Positions 1 through 14,486 of a DNA stretch of 64,000 bases are shown here, in pieces; position 1 is the stretch's first letter, and each line of letters starts with the position of its first letter. The position numbers and the translations under genes are program-made. This DNA comes from Priapulus caudatus (Eukaryota): NCBI RefSeq assembly GCF_000485595.1, contig NW_014577085.1:766844-830843 (forward strand), read 5' to 3'. A model generated the notes under the pieces. The model searched no databases. It had not been told where the DNA came from and saw only the letters and a list, made by a program, of their open reading frames with translations.

Positions 1-60
<60 letters not shown>

Positions 61-1208
61 AGAGCGAGATGTTATAAATGTCGTCATCTGATCCCAGCGT
101 GCGCCTTATCCGTTGTTTTCCTGTGGAGGATGACAGTTGCGTGCATCTACGGTAAGCGTCTAATCATTACGGTAATCGTTCAACCCGACCAACTTGCTTG
201 TACGCGCAGCCGAAGAGCGGTGAGTGTGCGCACCCCGTGCGGCGATGTAGACACGCCAATACATCTTATAGTTCCACCATCACTAGTCAAGCTATATCCC
301 GAGTTAGCTATACGAGTGTGCATACTAATGTGTGTGTGTGTTGCAAACACATAATACACGTGCATGTGTTCGCACGCATAAACGCACACGCATATTATAT
401 ACCTTACGCGCGAAATTTCCCTACATCAGCAAATCGGCGCTCTCACGGTGACTTGTTTATCTCACTGCTAGAAAAGAAAAGAAGAGCGGTGTGCCTCGGT
501 TAGCTGCTGACTAGTGGTTGGTTACCCTGCATTCATCAGGCAGCTGGTAGCCTACCAGCGGTTGATCGTGGAAACCCGCGTGGTACCGATTCCCACAGTA
601 GCAGCGTCTCGGCATATTTATTTATTTATTTATTCATATTTGCGATATTCAAGGTCACGCTGAAGCGGGGCGCGCCTCTAATCACCATTTCTTTCGCCAA
701 TAAAGACCGACTTCGGCTGAGTCGGACCCAATTTACGAAAGGAGCGGCTTTCTCAATAATTGCAATTACAACGCTGAATAGTGGTAGAATGGGACCTTTA
801 TTGCTGTACGGGTGGGCAAATTCGTGATGCGTACCCGCCGGTGCACCGCGTGTGAGTATTATCGAGTGGGTTACCCGCTCCACGTTCTAGATCAATGTCG
901 ATGACTGGCCCACGCAGCGGCCGCAGTGTCTGTGTCGGTTAACCGACTAATTAATCGAAAACGTTGAACAATGCGGCGCTAGCGAGGTGGATTTTTAACA
1001 GGAAATTCAACAGGAAGCCGCGCGAAAATTTTGTTTCATAAAAGAGAGACAAAGACTGACAAAGACAAAGACAAGACAAGATCAAGACAAGACAAGATAA
1101 AGACAAAAAGTTCGAAAAAACTCTGTTTTCAACTGAGTCAGAAAACTTTTTTTTTTTAACTGATAAAAAAATTTTTGAAACAAAATTTTTTTGTTTTAAT
1201 TAAATTGT

Positions 1209-1397
1209 CAGGGGCGTGTACAGGCGGGGTCCAGGGGGTCCGGACCCCCCTGCTCGCGCAGAAAACGCATCTAAGGAGGTCTAATTTCAAAAATTTCCTG
1301 GGGGAGGGCCCCCTGACCCCCCCAGACCCCCCTTCGCGTGCTGCCAAGTTTGGGTTACGGTTAGACCCCCCTGGTACAAATCCTGTACACGTCCCTG
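1209..1397. mobile_element. MITE, CAGGGG-type TIR, 5-bp TSD (hAT5-like)
   Basis: TIRs caggggcgtgtacagg / cctgtacacgtccctg; ATTGT on both sides. Confidence 0.8.
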
Positions 1398-2364
1398 ATT
1401 GTATTGACATTGTAATCACATCTTGCTGCTATTTAATTGTGAAAAGGTCCAAAAAATTATGATCACGACCCACCCAGAAAAAATCCTGGATACACCCCTG
1501 GTAATGCGAACCGGTCTCGATCATAATTATTATACCACTCAAATTCTACATTGCCACGTCCATTACTTATCTTTGGCTTACTTTGAGTAGACTAGTAGAC
1601 AACTATACATAACTATACGTAGCATCAGTATTTAGAAGTGCCGTCAGAAATAACAGTAGTTATAAAAGCATATAAGCGTATAAAACTGAGCGTCACTCCT
1701 TACCGTCGTAAGGGGGCGTCCCTCTATTTATACCATACAATAAAAAGATTAGATTAGTCTGAAAGCGATTAAATAAGCTACTGGCGCTCGCATTACAAAA
1801 TAGACAACTAGCCGTTCCTTCTTGCTGGTCTTCTTGGATTTTTGGAAATAATGCCCCTATTTTTTTCTGGACATAGTCTGTTCAACAAAACTAGGTCATT
1901 CTACTTTCGAAATTTCAAGCAGTCGCTTAAAAGTCGCAGTTGAATTTAAAAATCCGATCGATTTCTGCAGGCGTATAATATCTATACACTGTGTTTATTG
2001 GGTGGCAAAAGTCATATCATTTGAGTTGCCAATCATACGTCGATGAAGATGCCATTCGGCTGCGATCTGCCCTGATTTACATGGGGTTTCGGTCTCGTAA
2101 AAGCTCCTGAAAGTGCGGGATATGTGTAAGGTTTTCTACGACGTTTTCTGATTATTGAATTTAATACAAATAAGCCGCCATTGTTCTAAGCCTTACAGCT
2201 TCCTCTGTCGTGCAGTACATCATTCAGCGACTTCACACTGCCGCGTGGGTTTGCATGAAAACATATTGGCGAGCATCATCGTTATTGTTGTCTCACGGGA
2301 GCGTTTACGTGCGCTGGAAATAGAGAGCTCTCTATATTATGAGCTCTTGATATATATATATATA

Positions 2365-2407
<43 letters not shown>

Positions 2408-3036
2408 TACATGCACACGCATGCGTGCGTGCGTGCATGCGTGCGTGCGTGGGTGTGTGCGTGCGTGTGCGTGTATGTGTGCAAATTGCCTACGCAGTTT
2501 TACTGGTCGATTGTTTGGCCGTATTGTAGCCTTTCGTACGTTTTATAATAAAATATACGATATATATAATGAGCTATAGCCTTGATGAAGGACTGGCGAG
2601 AGAATCGAAGGGCCAGTCAGCTGGTTACAGCCATCCTCCCTGACTTCTCTCGACCAGCCCGAGATCCTTCTGTACCGCTATCTGTTCAGCGCTGGCTTCT
2701 TCGATCGTATATTTTGCTATATACTGATACGGCTGCGACATCTGCATAGATCAACGATGAGGTTAAGTAGGCTGGCGATGTGCATGGCTTCCAGCACCCG
2801 GCCCCCACACACACACGCACACGCACACGCACACGCGCATGCACACATACACACACGCACACACGCACACACACGCACACACGCGCGCGCGCATGCACGC
2901 CCGCACGCACGCACACATTACGCACGCACGCACGCACGCACACACATACACATATATATATATATATATCAAGAGCTAATAAACACCTTATACGCTCTTG
3001 TATGACACACGTACGCACTCACGCACACACACCGCA

Positions 3037-3103
<67 letters not shown>

Positions 3104-5557
3104 CACACACACACACACACCACACAACGAGAAGACGCGAGAAAGATTAGAGACACATCACACTCCATCACATCACATTTAGAGACGGGGCACACACACA
3201 CTACACACGATAAAGCAGAGTACATACAGTAAACATACATACATCATATCATGACACACACGACCAACTGGGGCATACCTACACGACACACACAGCCGCA
3301 CAACCAGGCGGGGAAGGCACAAGCAGAAAAACCAACCCAACACACACCCGACGCCCCACACACTACCACACAGGCACACCCACCCCTATACCACACAAGG
3401 CCCACCACACCGGCTGACACCACACACACCGTACATCACACACACAACGAGAAAGAGTCGAGAAGGAGAGCAGAGAGAGAGAAGAAAGACGCACACCACT
3501 ACATACATACATACATACCCATACATACCACGATACATACATACATACATAAATAGCACACACACAACACACACACACACAACGTCACCACACTCACACT
3601 CACACTCATACACCACAGGCTGTTCACACTCACACTACACTCACACTCACACACATCACTACACACACAAACACACCACGAACCACACAGGGCGACCCCA
3701 CACACACCTCTCTCTCTCTGCTCTCTCTTCTCACTCTCTCTCTCTCGTCGCTCTATCTTCTCTCTACACAACATACAAATACCCATACACATACACATCA
3801 CACATGACAATACAGCATACACATCTAACATACACATAATCACATAACATAACATGACGACATACACATACACAACACATAACACATACATCATACACAT
3901 ACACATAAATCACAATACAAATACACATACACATACACATACAGCATAACACCAGCATACACAGTCCACATACAACTACCATCAGCATACACAACACATA
4001 GCAATAACAAACATAGCACATACACATACAGCATACACATACACATACACGATACACCTATACACCTCACACATAATAATAAATAATAAAATATATTTCG
4101 CACCGTTACATGAAGAATATGTCACGTGCGCATTACAATGCTGATTATATAAACAGCGGACTGCAACAGTGATAAAATATACCGATACTTAAATTACGCC
4201 AATATGCTATAAACAAATTCCCTGATTATAAATAGCGGACTGCTCAACATTGTAAAATATAGATCTAAAACGACAATAATATAACATTTTGCAATAAGAA
4301 TAGAAGCTCAAATCAAAATGTAGCACGCGTAACATATTACACACATCACAACAACACTTAATAGAGAGAGAGTGTACATAAACATACACAATACACATAC
4401 ACGTACACGTACACGTAGCACGATGCAGCACGTACACCGTACACGTACACGTCACACGTACACGTACACGTACATACGGTACACATACACATACACACAC
4501 TTATTAGAGAGAGCAAAAGAGAGGAGAGAGAGAGAGAGGAAGAGAGAGAGAGAGAGAGAGAAGGGGGAGAGAGAGAAGAGGAGAGAGAAGAGAGAGAGAG
4601 CAGGAGGAAGGGAGGCGACAAGCAGAGAGAAAGTGTGCGTGCAAACATCGTGCCTTGTGATGTGTTGTGCGTGCTCTAAACTGCTCTTATGATGCACCTC
4701 TCGCACTCTTTGCATGCCATCGCCGCGATTCTCCCGTCTAGTTTCTCTATTGCTCGCTGCTTGTCTACCTGATGTATCAATTAGCAGTATTTTGCTCTTT
4801 GATTCATGCAGAAAGGGAAAAATGTGTTGAGTCATGTGACGTCAGTGCTTACTGCGCCGCAAGATGTGTTACCGAAACAAATTAGGTTCGGCGAAAAAAA
4901 CGCATGGAAAAACCAGTCACGGTACACTTCGTNNNNNNNNNNNNNNNNNNNNNNNNNTCGGGGGAGGGATGGGGGAGAGAGAGAGGAGATCGATTGGGAG
5001 CGAACGAGAGAGACAGAGCGAGACGACGAGATGAAGAGAGAGACAAGAGGAGAGAGCCAGAGAGAGAGCAGATTGAGAGAATGATGACGCGAGAGAGGGA
5101 GGAGGGTTAGAGAGAGAGGACAGAGCGAGAGAAGAGAGGGGGGGAGATGCCACAATCTCGAGTGGCGCTGCAAGTTTACTATTCAAACTAAAAATCCGCA
5201 TACCCAGATATTATAGCATGTAGAGTTTTAATGCCACTGTTGATGGACCTTGTCAAGTCTCTCTCTCTTTCTCTCTTCTCTCTCTCTCTCTTTCTCCTCC
5301 TCATCTCTCTCTCTTCCTTTTCTTCTCTGCTTTCTCTCTTTCTCTTCTTTCTCTGCTCATCATCTCGTTTTCCGTCATCCTCTTTTTCTCTCTCCCTCCT
5401 CCCCTCTCTCGTTTTCTCTTCTCTCCCCTCTCGCTCTCTCTCTCTTCTCTCTCTCTTCTCGTCTCTCTTTTCTCTCTCTCACCGTTCGCGCCTCTTTCTT
5501 TCTCTCTCTCTCCTTTCAGCGTTCGCGCTCTCACTTTCTCTCTCGCTTTCTATCTAT

Positions 5558-5597
<40 letters not shown>

Positions 5598-6134
5598 TCT
5601 ATCTATCTTATCTATCTCTCGTGATCTATCTATCTATCTATTCTCTTTCTGGTCTCTCCACGCCACATCTGTACGTAAACACTCCTGACGCTGACAATGG
5701 AACCCTGATTAATTCAGAGCTAGCACTAATAGGACACAGCGTGCATCTTGAACCAAGGGTAATAGGTATTGACTGCTGCATGATGAGATGCAGCTAGAAC
5801 TTCTATGACGCGCGAAGGCTCGATGCTGTCGCATAAGCTATACGTTTGTGTCAAAGACTGAGCAGGACCATGAGTCGATGCAATCCGACATATCTCTACC
5901 TTAGCTGTGCCTCGATAGGCACATGGATAATGACATGCAGCTTGCTATATAACCCCAGCAGTTATCCTTTTCAGGTCGTCGGAGCAGAAATATTCCAGCG
6001 CACGGAATCGCGAAACATGCCAAATAATTTTTTTATCTCGCGGATCGCTAAGGACGAGGAATGTGACGAAAATAGGATAACTTTTCTCTTCATTCGCAGC
6101 ATTACAACTCGGGCCGCCGAGTGTGGTGAGCACA

Positions 6135-7455
6135 CAGGACGGTGATGTGTCCTAGTCAGCCACAGGGGCTGGATGATATCATCAGGCGCAACAGCTGGTA
6201 GATGTCATTCAGCTACCAGGGCGCCAGCGCGGCGATCAGTGCTGTGGATCAGCGTACCAGGCGCGTGATGTCATCTAGCCACCAGGCGGTGTGTCTGCAG
6301 CCACAGGGGTTTTGGCTGTTATCAGCCCGGGCAATGATGGTCATCAGACACCAGGGCCCCCGGGGTGATGCTCGGATCAGCCTAGCCAGAGGGCTGCTGT
6401 CAAGTCAGCCTCTCACTCAGCGGGCGCGGTGGGATGTACATCAGCACAGCAAGGTGAGTCTTGCAGCCTACCAGACACGCGGTCTGTATGTGATCAAACG
6501 CTACCCCCAGTGCCCTCTCCGCACCGGACGCGCCTCGCAGGGTGCTGAAGTGATGTCCATCAGACCACCAGGCGGGGGTGCTGTTATCAGCCACCGAGGC
6601 GGTAGTGGTGATGTGAATCAGCCACCGGGTGGCTGTCATACAGCCACCTGGGGCCGGTGCTGTCATCAGTACCAAGGGCTTGCTGTCATCAAGCCACAAG
6701 GGGGGTGATGGTCATACAGCCACTAGGGTTGATGTCCATCAGCCACCAGGGGTGCTGTCATCAGCCGCGATAGGGAATAGCCTGTACATCAGCCACCAGG
6801 GCGTGCTGATGATCAAGCCACAGGGGTGCTGTGATCAGCCAACCTAGGGGTGAATGCCCTCAGCACACCACGGTGACGGTGATGTCATCAACTACCAGCC
6901 GGTGATGTCGCATCCAGCCACAGGGGGTGCTGTCATCAGCACCAGGGGTGTTGTAATCAGCCACCAGGGGTGATGATGTCATCAGCCCAGGCGGATGGAT
7001 TGTCATCGAGCTACCAGCGGATGGATGTCATCAAGCCACCCAGCGGAGGGTGCTGTCATACAGCCACCAGGGGTGTGTATCAGCACAGGAGTGATGTCAT
7101 CAGCACCAGGGGTCGATGTCATCGAGCACCGGCGTCCGGTGATGTCATCAGCCCACCAGGGTGAGATGTCATCAGCCACCGGGACATGATGTATCAGCCA
7201 CCAGGCCGACGGTGATGTCATCAGCACCAGGGGTGATGCTCATCAGACATGCAGGGGTGATGTCATCAGCCACCAGGCGGGTGATGTCCATCAGCCAACA
7301 CGGTATGAGGGCGGTGTCATAAGGCCACAGGGCGGGGACTGATGTCATGCAGTACCAGCGCGGGTGGTTTCTCCGCCACAGCGGGTGACGAGTCATCAGC
7401 CCACCAGGGGTGCTGTTTTCAGCACCAGTCGTTTATGTTCATCCGTCACCAGTGG
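6135..7455. repeat. Degenerate ~22-bp minisatellite (consensus ~ gatgtcatcagccaccaggggt)
   Basis: Dozens of recurrences of gtcatcagccacc/agggg with many small indels. Confidence 0.85.
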
Positions 7456-7475
7456 TCTCTCTCTCTCTTTCTCTT

Positions 7476-7520
<45 letters not shown>

Positions 7521-7522
7521 CT

Positions 7523-7556
<34 letters not shown>

Positions 7557-8538
7557 TGTGTGTGTGTGTGTGCGTGCGGGTGCGTGCGTGCGTTTGTTTT
7601 GTGTGTGTACATGTGCATGGCATCGCTTTCTGTATGGCTCTCTTGCCCCCTCTCTCTCTCATTCATTCGCTTGTATTTCTCATTTTCTCTATATCTCCCC
7701 CTCACTCTCCCCCTCACTGTCTCACTCACTCGCTTTCACCACCTCTCGCTCTCTCTCTCGCGCGCTCTCTCTCTCACTCTCTCTCTCTCTCTCCCTCTCT
7801 CCTTCCAGATGGCCACCGCATACCCTTAATACCCAAGACATAACATTAATAAAGTCTATTATAGCGCATTCACAAACTCACCGCTGCCATGCAAGTGTCT
7901 CTATGGCATCATGAACAAATCTGTTATTCTCCGTACATAGACTAATTAGCTACCCTGCTGAGAGAGACAGCGCGTGCACGCAAACACACGATCACGCGCA
8001 GACGCGCACGCACACAAACACACGCACGCACGCAGCCGCGCACGCACACAAACACACGCTCAATGGCTACAAAGGCACGCACACAAACACGCACGCACGC
8101 ACGCAGACGCGCACGCACGCACACATGCACACGTAGATGCGCGTTACGAATAAAGTAAAGTCGACTAGTTACACTTACGCTCGGATCTTTCCTCTCGTTA
8201 GCTTGCATTGCGCACTTGTGGAGGAGAGAGAGACGATCTACGTCAATTCTTGCCGGTGATTAGCCTTAAGTTTAGCGAGAGAGAACGCCGCCCTGACACG
8301 TGGAGGAGAGGACGAAACGTTCCAGCTTCTAGCTTCGCGACGTTTCGTTTCACTAGCGCACGACCGTTAACTATTTCTTGCACAAAAATCGATCGTAGCT
8401 TATGGTTGGACTGGAAATGCACAAAGCACGTCACAGTTGCTACCTTTCTATATACGTCCATCACAGTATTACACGATCGTATTTTCATTTCTAATATCAC
8501 CATTATGCTAAGTGTCCGATCACACGTTCCTAGTAGAC

Positions 8539-8680
8539 TATAGTATAGTATAGTATAGTATAGTATAGTATAGCATAGTATAGCATAGCATAGCATAGCA
8601 TAGCATAGCATAGCATAGCATAGCATAGCATAGCATAGCATAGCATAGCATAGCATAGCATAGCATAGAATATCATAGCA
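8539..8680. repeat. (TAGTA)n(TAGCA)n pentanucleotide microsatellite
   Basis: Direct inspection. Confidence 0.95.
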
Positions 8681-9248
8681 TCAAGTTACATGAATAGCGA
8701 TAATAAATTCATTATAAAAGCGTGATTTTCTCTATTCATGATAGCATAATTATATTATAACACAGCATAGCAAGACGGATCGTAAATGGCGTGGTATGAC
8801 AACATAGGACAGTTGCGGAAGAGACTAAAAATTTGCCAACTTAACGACGTGGAAACGTCAATCCAAAGCTAAGCTAAACTGAACAGTAACTATTCGCCCC
8901 GTATGCAGAACTCGTGTATAACCTCGCGAGTTAAGCGATTACAAAAACTTGTTTAGAGGAAAGTTGAGTAGGAGAATCAGAGTGCACGTTCTGAATGGTG
9001 CACTACATGACAAAATTTCCTACGTATTGATCGGCCATACTGTACGGCTACAAGTTTCCGTGTATATGCCTGTTTCCAAACCATTCAGTACCATATGTCC
9101 AGTCGGTTTTTCTTTCTTTTGTTTTTCCACTCTTTTTTCCTTCTTAATTTTTTCATTCTTTATGCCTTCCTTTCTATCTTTCGCGCTGTTTCTTTTTCCC
9201 TACTCTCGCTTTATATTTATCTATCTATCTATCTAGCTATCTATCTAA

Positions 9249-9279
<31 letters not shown>

Positions 9280-9292
9280 CACTCTCACTCTC

Positions 9293-9353
<61 letters not shown>

Positions 9354-9526
9354 GAACAAGGAACAGACAAGCAATAACAGACAATGAAGAATGAGAGAAA
9401 AGAGGTGGGGGAGAGACCGCGAAAGAGAGAGAAAAAAGGGGCAGCGCGCCGGAAAGAGTGAGAGGGAGAGAGCGCGAGGGCTTGAGTGAGAGCGACAGAA
9501 ATAGAGAGAGAGACAGAGAGAGAGAC

Positions 9527-9565
<39 letters not shown>

Positions 9566-10754
9566 GAGAGAGAGAAGGAGGGAGGGAGAGGGGAGTCAGG
9601 CAGGCAGAGTAGGTGGGAAGAAGCATTATTTTTCACATGTGGCAGCGTCGATGACAGCTCGCGTTAAATCATGTGCTTAAAAATCAGCCTGCTAATTTGC
9701 TACGGCTGTAAAATATCTTTAGAGATGCGCGCCTAGCTTAATGATTTACTATCTCTAGGGAGACGATGGCGAACAGAATAAGCACGAGTGAGTCTGCGGA
9801 ATAACAGCAGAGCTAACGATGAAAAATATAATCGGTCAACGTGCGTCTGTTTTCTTCTTATGAAGGTTTCCGTCCGTAAGCCTAATATTAATATTAGTCG
9901 CTATTGTGTTAATCGCTACGGTTGCCAGCACGATCTATATCCATACACGTGTTACGAATGAATGACGAGAAAAGGTGGTAAATCTGTTCATGTGCAGAAC
10001 CGTCAGGTTGGGCCTGACGCAACTGTATACCCTAGCCAACCCCACCTCCTATTCTACCGATTCATTGACGCCGTTTGTTAACATTTCGTTTTCATTGACG
10101 CCGGTTTACACGTGTGCACGGACGAACACGCGCGTGGTGATTATGTTGGCATGTAAAGCTGCTTAGATAGTATTCAAGGAGATTAATTGGGTTAATTGCG
10201 TAGACTGTGCGTATTAGTAAATATGGAGTATAGTGTATCTGTTCGACACGATTCTCGTAATTTCTGCAGTACACGAGCCGCGGGTTCTAAACGAACGGTT
10301 TCGTCGACGAAATACAATATATCTTCGCTTTGCGCCAACATTGAATACAGTCGCTCGGGGAGGGGGGGGGGACGAGCGAGGAAACAACAACAACATAGAA
10401 TGCAGGCATGCGATTACTCCGCTGCACTGACGGTGCATGCATGCGTGGCGCTCATACACGGTCCCACATAACGAACAACGTGCATGCGTCGTCAGGGCGG
10501 TCGACGTGACACGTCGCGTGAACCAACCGCGCCAGTTTACGCATTGGTTTTGCGAACACGCACGCTGCCTCTACGCTCTAATTATGACCACAGTATATTG
10601 TCCGCATCGTGGAAGATCGTAATTAATTAAAACACGCGAAGGTATGGATCTGGATGTGAGTATTCGTCACCCCCGAAATCCATTCGCTGAATTAATAACA
10701 TTGTACGCGCACATGTTGTTCTTTCTGTGCGCTGACACTCACACACACACACGT

Positions 10755-10832
<78 letters not shown>

Positions 10833-10842
10833 NNNNNNNNNN

Positions 10843-10900
<58 letters not shown>

Positions 10901-12389
10901 AACGCATTCTCATATGCAGCCGAGTGGCTTCAGTCGCCTGTGTAAGCACGGCGCACGCGCTGCACCGTAGTTTTCCGTAGCCGACTGCAGGATGCGTCAA
11001 AACGAAGCTAATCAATGAGCGCACGACATATACGCTACGCGTCGCTCAGTCTCCTCGCACACACACACACGCACACACACCAGCGCGCGCTCACACACAT
11101 AGCCAACACCGTGCAGCTACATAGAGGACTGTACTGCTCGTCGTCAACCAGCCAGCGAGCATCCGTACGTGTAGGAGGCGTGTGGAGGACCTGCGCAGTA
11201 CTGCCGCTCGTGTGCTATTCGGATAGTATATGTTGTATAATATATACCATACATCAACCAATGAAAACATCCGCGGATCGGCTGTTCGCGCGACTCTGTG
11301 ATTAGGGAAAATAATCATGCCTGCTGGATTATATAGGATATAAGATATTAATAAGCTGTTTTGTGACCTACAAAATAGCTCCGTTGGATATGCTATGGAA
11401 ACGTAATGCTTCATTTGCTAATGATATTGTGTTGATTAGTCCTAATGGAGACATTCAGTTGTAACATGTATGGTTTACATACAACTGCATGCATACATTG
11501 AACGAAATCATCTATGTGACAAAGACACTGCTATTGAAGTGCAAGAACCAAGCAAATGCAATCTGTTGTACGTGCGCTGTGTTTGCAACCCTCGGCACCG
11601 TGCCACATCATCGCCTTGTAACGTAAGACAGATGGTAGCGACAACGCCGTGGAGGACAACCGTAGGATATGTTAGCGTGCTGTCGAGGTTCGGGTGATAG
11701 GGACGCATCAGGTGCCTATCGCAGCAACCGGGGCATGGGAAGCTCAGCTTCGGCTGCTCCCGTGCGGCCCCCATCGCCGCCGCCACCCAACGCGTTAGAC
11801 AGCCGTCTTCCATTCAATCCCAGGGAAGCATTTAAGTTGAAAAACTATTGGAAGGTGATCAACCGTAAAATGTCCGAAGCTGGGATAGAGATGATCATCA
11901 GGTGAGAGATATTGTGGGGGGATTATGGGTGGTGGAGATTTCAATGGTGACAGTGAGACAACATCGGCCGCCATGAGGCCGCCAACATCGGCCGGCCGCA
12001 GTGAGACAACGGTCGCCATGACGTCATTAGTTATATGATAGAGTGATTTCGTCACCGGAAGTGCAGCGAGCAGTTTTATTATACTATATATTTTATACGT
12101 CCTATTTATCCAGTTCTTTTTAATGTAAGCAAACAGTTGTGGCTCGTCTATGGCACATATGTCGAGTAAATCTGGAAGGCGCAATAATTCAAACTGCAAA
12201 AATATTTAGACTAATTCGGAAACAACCTTATTTACGAAGAAAGTGTTAATGTATTTAGCGACTTAATTAATAATTTACTTACTTTACTTACTTTCCATCT
12301 ATAGAAAATGTTAATAAAATGTTTATAAATATACGCGACGATCGTACAATTTGATATGTAAGTACAGGTTCAAATAGTAGTAGCAGTAA

Positions 12390-12421
<32 letters not shown>

Positions 12422-12998
12422 TATTATGTCGTAATAACAAATATAGTAGTCTATCGTAGTATCGTGTATCTCGTCGTAAGTACTATTATATAGTAGTATA
12501 GTATTATATTAGTAGATTTAGTATAGTATAGTGTAGTAGTATAGTAGTAATAGTAATAATAATAATAGTAGTAGAAGTGTAGTGTGGTAGAAGGATTCGC
12601 AAGCGGGAAACCTGACAGGGGCCGCGACGTGAACGCTCCTTCTGTGGCCCCAAGTGTAAATACAAGTGCAAGTATAAGTGTAAGTATAAGCGTATGTATA
12701 TTAGTGTGATTGTAAGTGTAAGTATAAGCGTATGTATATAAGTGTGCTTGTAAGTGTGAGTATAAGCGTATGTATATAAGTGTGCTTGTAAGTGTAAGTA
12801 TAATTACGATTATAAGTGTAAGTATAGCCTGTATAGGTGTCATTCGTAACACATAATCGCGCGCTCACGGCGAGGACGACGACATCGATGACGATGACGA
12901 CGATGGCGGCGACGATTACAACGACGACGACGGTGGCACTACTTTAGGGCCTAATCATGTATTGCTGTCATTAAACAAACTTCATATTAAGTCATGAT

Positions 12999-13464
12999 CA
13001 GTGACGTAGTTATGGGGGGGGGGGTAAAGGGGGCCATGTCCCCCCCCTGTTGATCCGAAATTAATAAGAATTGTTCTACTAAAAAGAGAATTGTCGTAAT
13101 CAGAATGAAGGCTGTACATGTACTCAAAAGTGCCTCAAATACCATCGCCTGCGATCTACATTTAATGATTTTCAAACTTTTTTGGGGGAGGACCTCCCAA
13201 CCACCCCCCTTGCTTTACACCCTCTCCTTGGAATTCTGGATCCGTCACTGAACAGTTGCATATCTTGGGAGCAGAGGACAACGAACAAAAATGTCGCCCT
13301 TTTGCATAGCGCCCAAAACAAAGATTGCAGAGCTGCGAGGTGGGGGAGCGTATAGGGTGTGGAGAGGGAGGCGGAGGAACCATTAAAATATTAAGTCATC
13401 CACTATTTTGCGCAGTTCGCTGTTTTGCCCCCCCCCGTGTTAAAAAATCCTGGCTACGCCACTG
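12999..13464. mobile_element. Non-autonomous hAT element / MITE with 8-bp TSD
   Basis: TIRs cagtgacgtag / ctacgccactg; GTCATGAT at 12991-12998 and 13465-13472. Confidence 0.8.
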
Positions 13465-13740
13465 GTCATGATATAACACGGTCACCGCAAGAACTTGTCT
13501 GCACGTATGCTAGTTATTGATATATGACAGAAGCGCTCGAGTGGACGATATTATACAGTCTAACTACAGTATGTTATCGAATAACGATATAATCGATGTT
13601 TTAGTATTGTCATATTTTAGGAAAGTCTACCTACCCTTTCATAAAATTATGGATGAATTGGCTGTTTATGTACGAATACAGCACAATATCGAGTGTGAAA
13701 ATGTAATGTAATGGAATATAATGTAACGTAATGAGACGTA

Positions 13741-14486
13741 GTGTGCGGTGCGGTGCGGTGCGGTGCGGTGCGGTGCGGTGCGGTGCGGTGCGGTGCAGTA
13801 AGGTGCGTACGGTGCAGTAGGGTACGGTGCGGTGCGGTGCGGTGCTGTGCTGTGCTGTGCTGTGCTGTGCGGTGCGGAGTAGTGCCATGCGGGGCGGTGC
13901 TGTGGAGCATGGTACAGTGCAGTGTAGTGTAGTGTAGCGTAGCGTAGTGTAGTGTAGTGTAGTGTAGTGTAGTGTAGTGTAGTGTAGTGTAGTGTAGTGT
14001 AGTGTAGTGTAGTGTAGTGTAGTGTAGTGTAGTATAATTCAGTGTAGTACAGTGTTGCTGTAAGATGTGGCGCGGAGTAGTGTAGGCATGTGTAGTGTAG
14101 TGTAATGATATACAATGCTATGTAACACTCCATAGAATTGTGTAGCATTACGAGGTATAGGATAGTATAGCATATCATAGCATAGCATAGCATAGCATAG
14201 CATAGCATATAGTAGCAGAGCATGCTGTTACAAACCATGACACGACATACTACCGCATGATATACAATGGAGTAGCATATGACACTTTATTCAATTATCT
14301 GACTTGATATAGCAGTACATATAGAACAGCGTGGATTAACATGGCATTGCATATCGTAGCATAACATTTCATTAATAGCATAGCATGCATTGTATAGCAT
14401 AGCATAGCATAGCATAGCATAGCATAGCATAGCATAGCATAGCATAGCATAGCATAGCATAGCATAGCATAGCATAGCATAGCATA
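13741..14486. repeat. Compound pentanucleotide array GTGCG / GTGCT / GTGTA / ATAGC
   Basis: Successive blocks of related 5-mers. Confidence 0.9.

Noticed and set aside
3000..4100. Scrambled CA-rich sequence as a novel repeat code (also 15950-18200)
   Set aside because: The pattern is consistent with noisy reads through (CA)n/(CTAT)n microsatellites.
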